From: a virus
Lineage: Duplodnaviria > Caudoviricetes
Direction: 5' to 3' (one strand)
Virus record (IMG/VR): IMGVR_UViG_3300027702_000005
Coordinates: 1-24,934 of that record
DNA: 24,934 nucleotides
The notes under the pieces are model-generated. The model was not told the origin of the DNA, did no database searches, and worked only from the letters and a program-made list of their open reading frames with translations. A program made the position numbers and the translations under genes. Below, piece by piece: positions 19,722 to 24,934 of the stretch (position 1 is its first letter; each line of letters begins with the position of its first letter).

Positions 19722-21115
19722 TATTCTCCTTCTCCTTTAGGTACTACTTTATATCTTGTAATGTTGTAGCCTCCACCAAAGATGTTTTCTTTTTCAACTT
19801 TATGTGTTCCACCCAGACTATATTTTGTTATAAAATCTTCTGCACTCGCTAGATTAGAATGGCCCATATTTGGGTTATCTTCCCAGTCTTTATATTCTGT
19901 AGATTCTGCTCTTGGTTTGTTTTTGGCCTCAATATCACTATTTAATTGTGTCTCAAAATCTTTTAATTCTTTCCCTACATCTTGTGTTTTACCTTTTGCA
20001 TTTGCAGCTACTCTATCAATATATCTAATTCTATCAATGTTGAGTATTTCTTGGAAAGTGAGATTTAAATTGATTCCATTAGGATAATGTTGCATAGCAG
20101 TGTAATCATTTCGAGAAAAACCATCATTATCTTCTTCTCCTTGAGGAAATGATTCGATAAATGACATATCTTTACCACCAGAGTAGTCAACATCACATGA
20201 AGTTAAAAAACAGTTCTGAGGATGTTCTATATGTCCTAATATAGGGCCTTTGAAGTCTATACTCCACTCTGCAGGCATTAACATCTGTCTTCTATTATCA
20301 CTCATTGACATTGGTAACATCATAGTCTTAAACCAATGTATTATTTTAGTAATCTCATTTGCATCTGTAACATTATATGGGTTTAAACTAAATGAATAAC
20401 TATGATTTCTAAATCCTACTCCTTGGAAGGTATTAAATTTAGGGTTACCTGTGACTACTCCACTCTGTAGTTGTTCGAATGATACTAGTGATTCTCTTAA
20501 TTTTCCTAGTGCTTCGTCTTTGACACCCTTTAAAACCCCTAAGTCAAACATTGATTTTGGGTCATTTAATGCAATATCACTGAGTCCTATATCTTTTACT
20601 TCATAATCGACATTAATTACATCTTTAACATTGTTTGGAAAATACAGCATAATAGTACATTCTTCTGCTACATTATATTCTCGGTCACCATCCTTTTCTA
20701 CAGATAATCCATAATCAGCAGAGTCTCCTACGCCTTTCGTCTTAGTTCCAGCAGCTAATCCTTTATGTGGTTTTTCAATAGTTCTGAATATAATCCAATT
20801 ATCAACAAATCTATTATCATCTGTTGGGAATCTTAGTATTTCTCTGTCCTTGGGTTTAACTGATGCCATTATCTGTGCATTAGATTGACCAATTGCTTTT
20901 TCTGCAGCTGCTCTTCCTTCTGCCATTAATAATGCTTCTTCTGATATTTTAGATGGAATATTAGATAATTTAATACCTGTTTTCATTGCAATTAAGTCGT
21001 CTAATGCACCACTTATTTTTGAATTAAATGATGCTCTCTGACCACCCAGTGCAGAGTTTAAGTCCTCTTTGATAGAACCAAGCAATTTTGCTTTTAAGGA
21101 TTTGAAAAAATTCAT
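19721..21115 (-). CDS. gp48: Baseplate tail-tube cap gp48
   Basis: LRFP, IMLYFP, NP...FQGVGFRNHSYSFSL.P....A.EI.KII.WFK, CFLTSCDVDY and LNLTFQE motifs; divergent from gp4. Confidence 0.85.
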   Translation of the reverse strand: MNFFKSLKAKLLGSIKEDLNSALGGQRASFNSKISGALDDLIAMKTGIKLSNIPSKISEEALLMAEGRAAAEKAIGQSNAQIMASVKPKDREILRFPTDDNRFVDNWIIFRTIEKPHKGLAAGTKTKGVGDSADYGLSVEKDGDREYNVAEECTIMLYFPNNVKDVINVDYEVKDIGLSDIALNDPKSMFDLGVLKGVKDEALGKLRESLVSFEQLQSGVVTGNPKFNTFQGVGFRNHSYSFSLNPYNVTDANEITKIIHWFKTMMLPMSMSDNRRQMLMPAEWSIDFKGPILGHIEHPQNCFLTSCDVDYSGGKDMSFIESFPQGEEDNDGFSRNDYTAMQHYPNGINLNLTFQEILNIDRIRYIDRVAANAKGKTQDVGKELKDFETQLNSDIEAKNKPRAESTEYKDWEDNPNMGHSNLASAEDFITKYSLGGTHKVEKENIFGGGYNITRYKVVPKGEGE

Positions 21116-21122
21116 ATAAATA
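21115..21122 (+). promoter_or_regulatory. T4-type late promoter TATAAATA for gp4
   Basis: Exact consensus 34 nt upstream of the gp4 ATG. Confidence 0.8.
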
Positions 21123-21149
21123 CTCTTGAATGTTTAGTTATGTATAAGG

Positions 21150-21157
21150 TATTTATA
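21150..21157 (-). promoter_or_regulatory. T4-type late promoter TATAAATA for gp48
   Basis: Exact consensus on the minus strand, 34 nt upstream of the gp48 ATG. Confidence 0.8.
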
Positions 21158-21594
21158 TGAGTTACAAGGGAAGATTTAAACCAAAGCAATATAAAAAGTA
21201 TAAAGGTGACCCTACCAAAATTACTTATCGTTCCATGTGGGAACTAAGGTTTATGAAATATTGTGATAAGAATGATTCTATTCTAGAATGGAGTAGTGAA
21301 GAGATTGTGATACCTTATCGTTCTATTGACAATAAAGTCCATCGATATTACCCAGACTTCTGGATTAAATATAAACAATATGATGGTAAAATGATTCAAG
21401 AGATAATAGAGGTCAAACCTAAGAAACAATGTGTTAAACCTAGTAAGAAAGGTAAACATTATGGTAAGTATCTTCGTGAGGCAAGAACCTATGCAATTAA
21501 CGAGGCAAAGTGGGATGCAGCTAGAGAGTTTTGTTTAGATAGAGGATATAGATTTAGGATATTAACCGAAGACCATTTAGTACCGAGTAAATAG
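21157..21594 (+). CDS. gp4: Head completion nuclease gp4 (TnsA-like)
   Basis: YKGRFKP...KYKGDPTKITYRSMWE, WSSEEIVIPY, HRYYPDF, EVKP, NEAKWDAA and ILTE motifs. Confidence 0.95.
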   Translation: MSYKGRFKPKQYKKYKGDPTKITYRSMWELRFMKYCDKNDSILEWSSEEIVIPYRSIDNKVHRYYPDFWIKYKQYDGKMIQEIIEVKPKKQCVKPSKKGKHYGKYLREARTYAINEAKWDAAREFCLDRGYRFRILTEDHLVPSK

Positions 21595-21595
21595 C

Positions 21596-21634
21596 AAGAA
21601 AGACGAGGGTTCTTATGTTTCATTCGTCTTTCTT
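21596..21634. terminator. Perfect 11-bp stem between convergent genes; possible bidirectional terminator
   Basis: AAGAAAGACGA (21596-21606) pairs with TCGTCTTTCTT (21624-21634), immediately after the gp4 stop. Confidence 0.55.
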
Positions 21635-21754
21635 ATCTCTTCCAGACCTAGGGAAGGGAGCGACCACTTCATTATTCTCCTGTCTGGGATTATCCCCTAC
21701 GACCTATGGGGTTATGCCGTTACTTTATTATAAATCCATATCTCCTAACCTCAC

Positions 21755-22012
21755 TTAAATATCTGCTTCTTCTAACATTGAAAGAGGAACTCTGTATCGT
21801 TGACCTCTCATTTGAACAACTGCTTTCTTTTGTTTAATCTCGATGATTGTACCATAAGTTTTCTTAGTCTTTTGAACTACGAAAACACCATCACCTGCTT
21901 TGAAAGATGCCTTTGCAAGTGCATCCAATACATCTTTACCAAAGTTGTAAACTTCTGCTAACTGTTCTGGAGTTTTAATCTTTGACAGTTCTTTAATTAA
22001 TGTTTTATTCAT
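21755..22012 (-). CDS. Small basic hypothetical protein, possible SH3/KOW-like fold (85 aa), probably early
   Basis: GAGG RBS; perfect sigma70 promoter upstream; FKAGDGVFV...GTIIEIKQKKAVV...YRVPLSML pattern. Confidence 0.75.
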   Translation of the reverse strand: MNKTLIKELSKIKTPEQLAEVYNFGKDVLDALAKASFKAGDGVFVVQKTKKTYGTIIEIKQKKAVVQMRGQRYRVPLSMLEEADI

Positions 22013-22038
22013 ATTTCCTCACTATTTAATATACATGT

Positions 22039-22068
22039 ATTATACTAAAATATGTACCCACTTGTCAA
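22039..22068 (-). promoter_or_regulatory. Consensus sigma70 (early) promoter TTGACA-N18-TATAAT
   Basis: TTGACA at 22068-22063 and TATAAT at 22044-22039, both perfect matches. Confidence 0.85.
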
Positions 22069-22073
22069 AGTGG

Positions 22074-22081
22074 TATAAATA
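22074..22081 (+). promoter_or_regulatory. T4-type late promoter TATAAATA for gp2
   Basis: Exact consensus 5 nt upstream of the gp2 ATG. Confidence 0.8.
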
Positions 22082-22086
22082 CATGT

Positions 22087-22671
22087 ATGGCAGGATTATT
22101 TGACAAGTTAGAAAGAGAAGCATTTAGAGGTGGAATCCAAGCAAGGACTAAAGAGTCCATGAGATGGTTTAGAACTCGTGTATCACAAATAAAAGGTGTT
22201 AATAGAAACCAGTTGATGAAGGATTCACGACAAAGAAAAAGGTTCATCTATGGTGACATGTATATGTACATGTATGACCCTAAACATAAACAAACCTTAC
22301 CTTACTATGATAGATTCCCTCTTACAATACCTATAGAACCAGCAAAAGGTGGGTTTTTAGGATTAAACTTGCATTATTTACCACATTCATTGAGAGCTCA
22401 ATTTTTAGATGCATTATATGACCGAACAAACAACACTAAGTATGATGAGACAACAAGATTTAATGTCACATACAAGTTACTCAAGGGTATCAGTGGTAAA
22501 CCATATTTTAAAGCATGTGTAAAACATTATTTAACCACCCAGATAAGGAGTAGTTTTGCAATAGTAGACCCAGCAGATTGGGAGATTGCAATATTTCTAC
22601 CTACTGAATCATTTAGAAAATCATCTATTGATGCAGTCTGGAAAGAAAGTAGGAAGAAAATAGCAGGATGA
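22087..22671 (+). CDS. gp2: DNA end protector protein gp2
   Basis: YDPKHKQTLPYYDRFPL, GFLGLNLHYLP, CVKHYL and WEIAIFLPTESF motifs. Confidence 0.93.
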   Translation: MAGLFDKLEREAFRGGIQARTKESMRWFRTRVSQIKGVNRNQLMKDSRQRKRFIYGDMYMYMYDPKHKQTLPYYDRFPLTIPIEPAKGGFLGLNLHYLPHSLRAQFLDALYDRTNNTKYDETTRFNVTYKLLKGISGKPYFKACVKHYLTTQIRSSFAIVDPADWEIAIFLPTESFRKSSIDAVWKESRKKIAG

Positions 22672-23279
22672 AATTAGAAAGATTTAAAGCACAGATAGAT
22701 AATCTGCAAAGACCCAATAGATATAATATATCAATGTTTGGTACTGGTGCAAAGACTGGTGGGTTGTCAATTAGAGGATTAAAATGTGAATCTGCAACCA
22801 TGCCAGGCAGAGGTTTCTTTACTCAAGAGGAATCAGAATATGGGCCAAAGAGAGCAATCCCACACAAACCACAATATGACCAATTTGATTGTTCTTTTTA
22901 TATGACAAACGATTTTGAAGAAAGAGAGTTGATTGAATTGTGGCAATCACAAATAAATTCATTTCAAAATGGTAATTTTCACAGTAAATTTCATGATGAT
23001 TACACTGGTGTAATACTAGTAGAAATGTTAGACAGACAAGATAATGTTAACTATAGATGCATCATGACTGAGGCATTTCCATTACAATTAGGTGTAGTAA
23101 ATGTAGGTTATGAAAATGCAGATGTAATGAAGTTTAACGCACAATTTAGATATAGATATTGGAATAGTGAATTCACTAATTCTAAACCATCTAACCTAAT
23201 TACTGGTTATTTGGATAAATATTTTTCAAAACTTGGAAACAAGGTAAGAGGTAAAATCGAAGACGCAATCTTTGATTAA
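22668..23279 (+). CDS. Tail-tube-fold protein (gp54/gp19-like tube initiator)
   Basis: RPNRY, CESATMPGR, EAFPLQLG and F.AQFRYRYW tube-fold motifs; located between gp2 and gp26. Confidence 0.75.
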   Translation: MKLERFKAQIDNLQRPNRYNISMFGTGAKTGGLSIRGLKCESATMPGRGFFTQEESEYGPKRAIPHKPQYDQFDCSFYMTNDFEERELIELWQSQINSFQNGNFHSKFHDDYTGVILVEMLDRQDNVNYRCIMTEAFPLQLGVVNVGYENADVMKFNAQFRYRYWNSEFTNSKPSNLITGYLDKYFSKLGNKVRGKIEDAIFD

Positions 23280-23295
23280 TTGATAGGAGTATATT

Positions 23296-24021
23296 ATGGC
23301 ATTACCTAAATTAAATACTATAGAGTATTTTTGTAAGTTACCTGTCTCTGGTAAAGAAGCAAAGTACCGACCATTCACTGTAGGTGAACAAAAGGTCTTA
23401 CTTCAAGCACTAGAGGATGGTGAAATTAAAACGATATCGAACACTGTTGTCAACTTAGTTGACTCATGTTCTGGTCTAACTGAGTCGAAAGACACTGTTA
23501 GAGAGTTATCGAATACAGACTTGGAATATTTGTTTTTACAAATAAGGATTAAGTCTGTTGGTGAAGTCACTAATGTAGTACTTGGTTGTGAAAACCAACC
23601 TACATGTGATGGACAAACCACTGTAGAAATAGATTTATCAACTATTGGTGTTGAAGGAGAAGTAAAGGATAATAAAATTATGTTAACAGATGATGTTGGT
23701 GTAACCTTAAAAGTCCCTAACTTTAACGAAATACAAAATGTTGTTGGGGATGTATCTGAAATAAATTCTCAAGACATATTTGGTGTTTTAGCACAATCAA
23801 TAGAATCGATATTCGATGCAGAAGAAGTCCATAGTAAAGGTGATTTTACTACTAAAGAACTTAATGATTTTGTTAATGAACTTTCAACTGAACAGTTTAA
23901 TAACATTATGGAATGGTTTAGTAGCTTACCAAAATTGGTTAAAGATGTCGAATATAATTGCAGTAAATGTGGGACACCATGTAAAGTTAAGTTAGAAGGA
24001 ATACAGAATTTTTTCGTCTAA
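23296..24021 (+). CDS. gp26: Baseplate hub assembly protein gp26
   Basis: MALPKL, YRPFTVGEQKVLL, DLEYLFLQIRIKSVGE, CxxC motif and C-terminal LEGIQNFF; AGGAG RBS. Confidence 0.92.
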   Translation: MALPKLNTIEYFCKLPVSGKEAKYRPFTVGEQKVLLQALEDGEIKTISNTVVNLVDSCSGLTESKDTVRELSNTDLEYLFLQIRIKSVGEVTNVVLGCENQPTCDGQTTVEIDLSTIGVEGEVKDNKIMLTDDVGVTLKVPNFNEIQNVVGDVSEINSQDIFGVLAQSIESIFDAEEVHSKGDFTTKELNDFVNELSTEQFNNIMEWFSSLPKLVKDVEYNCSKCGTPCKVKLEGIQNFFV

Positions 24022-24203
24022 CCCTTTCTCATGAAACACTTGCAAATTATATTCAAACAAATTTTGGTTTAATCCAACATCATGGTTGGTCACTAAACGA
24101 ACTGGATGATATGCATCCATGGGAAAGGGAGATATATGTCTCTCTACTACTTGCTCATCTTGAAGAAGAGGAGTTAAAGTATAAACAGGCGCAAAATAGA
24201 TAG
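24009..24203 (+). CDS. gp51: gp51-like segment in the -1 frame of gp26 with no usable start codon (probable frameshift extension)
   Basis: Translates as (FF)RLTLSHETLANYIQTNFGLIQHHGWSLNELDDMHPWEREIYVSLLLAHLEEEELKYKQAQNR*, matching the marine T4-like gp51 pattern (NF.L.QHH..SL.E...M.PWEREIY). The frame opens after TAA at 23988 and has no ATG/GTG/TTG until 24111, in the middle of the domain. Confidence 0.8.
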   Translation, partial: FFRLTLSHETLANYIQTNFGLIQHHGWSLNELDDMHPWEREIYVSLLLAHLEEEELKYKQAQNR

Positions 24204-24212
24204 GAGAGTATT

Positions 24213-24593
24213 ATGTCTGATAAAGAAAGATTCAGTGGTGACATGAGTCGTAATGAAGTCGAAATAGACTTAAGCAAGTTTATGGAGATGGTTACCGAAA
24301 ACAATGACCTCAAACAACAAATATTTGAGTTAACACATGATGATAAGGTTAATCCATGGCAAAAATGGATATTCCTTGCAAGAGCAGTAGACAGTTGGAG
24401 AATATGGCCTCGTGCATTCTTAAGTGTTTACATATTTTTAATTTACTTTGTAGTAATGTGGTTCATAGGATTAGAAGCACCAACAATGGAACAATCTGGT
24501 CTTATCAGTATTCTAGTTGGAGCTGGAGCTGCATGGTTTGGACTATATGTCAACTCCGCTGCAAAAGAACACTCTACTAACAACGACAAATAG
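24213..24593 (+). CDS. Membrane protein with an N-terminal coiled coil and two TM helices (holin-like, unconfirmed)
   Basis: AGGAG RBS; DSWRIWPR followed by hydrophobic segments AFLSVYIFLIYFVVMWFI and GLISILVGAGAAWFGLYV. Confidence 0.65.
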   Translation: MSDKERFSGDMSRNEVEIDLSKFMEMVTENNDLKQQIFELTHDDKVNPWQKWIFLARAVDSWRIWPRAFLSVYIFLIYFVVMWFIGLEAPTMEQSGLISILVGAGAAWFGLYVNSAAKEHSTNNDK

Positions 24594-24600
24594 ATAAATA
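24593..24600 (+). promoter_or_regulatory. Late promoter variant GATAAATA, 5 nt upstream of ATG 24606
   Basis: One mismatch to TATAAATA; same spacing as at gp2 and gp25. Confidence 0.55.
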
Positions 24601-24605
24601 GTATT

Positions 24606-24934
24606 ATGGCAGAAGACAATCCATTAACCAATAAAGAAGCACAACCTTTAATAGATAAACTTTTGACTCAACTAAGAAAGTCTGAGGCAAAAACTACTAA
24701 AGGACAAGATGCAGCTGGAAAGAAGTTTGAGAAGGCAGTTGATGCAATCGAAGGACTATCTGAGGCTCAAGCAAAAAGAGCAAATACCGCTGCAGTTTTA
24801 GAACAAACTGGTTATTCTAAAGAATCTGCCATGATTCTTGCAAAAAGTTCCGAACAACTAGACATGGTGAAAGATAGACTTTCAACCTTGAAAGATACTT
24901 TAGAAGAAACTAACCAAGATGTCTCTACTAATCC
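24606..24934 (+). CDS. Partial alpha-helical protein, probable tape measure (gp29-like), open to the window end
   Basis: MAEDNPLTNKEAQPLIDKLLTQLRKSEAKTTKGQDAAGKKFEKAVDAIEGLSEAQAKRANTAAVLEQ... has no stop; Ala/Lys/Glu-rich; lies downstream of gp26/gp51. The function is inferred from synteny only. Confidence 0.55.
   Translation, partial: MAEDNPLTNKEAQPLIDKLLTQLRKSEAKTTKGQDAAGKKFEKAVDAIEGLSEAQAKRANTAAVLEQTGYSKESAMILAKSSEQLDMVKDRLSTLKDTLEETNQDVSTN

Noticed and set aside
21157-21594. TnsA-like nuclease as a sign of a transposon or homing endonuclease
   Set aside because: Motifs and synteny match the core T4 gp4 head completion protein.
21595-21754. tRNA in the structured intergenic region
   Set aside because: No cloverleaf, no TTCGA T-loop and no acceptor stem seen on either strand.
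24031-24075. ATG at 24031 as the gp51 start
   Set aside because: It is in the gp26 frame and stops after 14 codons, so it does not encode the gp51 motifs.
24356-24631. Overlapping ORFs 24356-24580 (+) and 24443-24631 (-) as spanin-like nested genes
   Set aside because: No lipobox or signal peptide; these are alternative frames of the membrane protein gene.

Overview
This window is an AT-rich segment of a large T4-like myophage genome, resembling marine T4-like phages in gene order, and covers the baseplate/tail module. On the minus strand it encodes gp48, gp53, a gp27-like hub, two small membrane ORFs, a panD-like aspartate 1-decarboxylase, gp5, an unknown 357-aa protein, gp25, gp6, a 155-aa structural protein, a 1638-aa gp7-like protein, gp8 and a partial (>1690 aa) DUF4815/VrlC-like virion protein that the ORF track missed. 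On the plus strand it encodes gp4, gp2, a gp54/gp19-like tube protein, gp26, a start-less gp51-like segment, a holin-like membrane protein and the start of a probable tape measure. The main highlights are: (1) a probable -1 programmed frameshift (T TTT TTC) fusing gp26 to gp51, similar to the lambda G/GT tail-chaperone mechanism; (2) an intact panD translationally coupled to gp5; (3) a repeat-rich, origin/pac-like intergenic region inside a GC-elevated zone; (4) an early sigma70-driven gene with a structured, GGA-rich 3' RNA; (5) T4 late promoters in probable leaderless and face-to-face arrangements; and (6) apparent GATC avoidance. All protein calls come from motif recognition and synteny, not from database searches.
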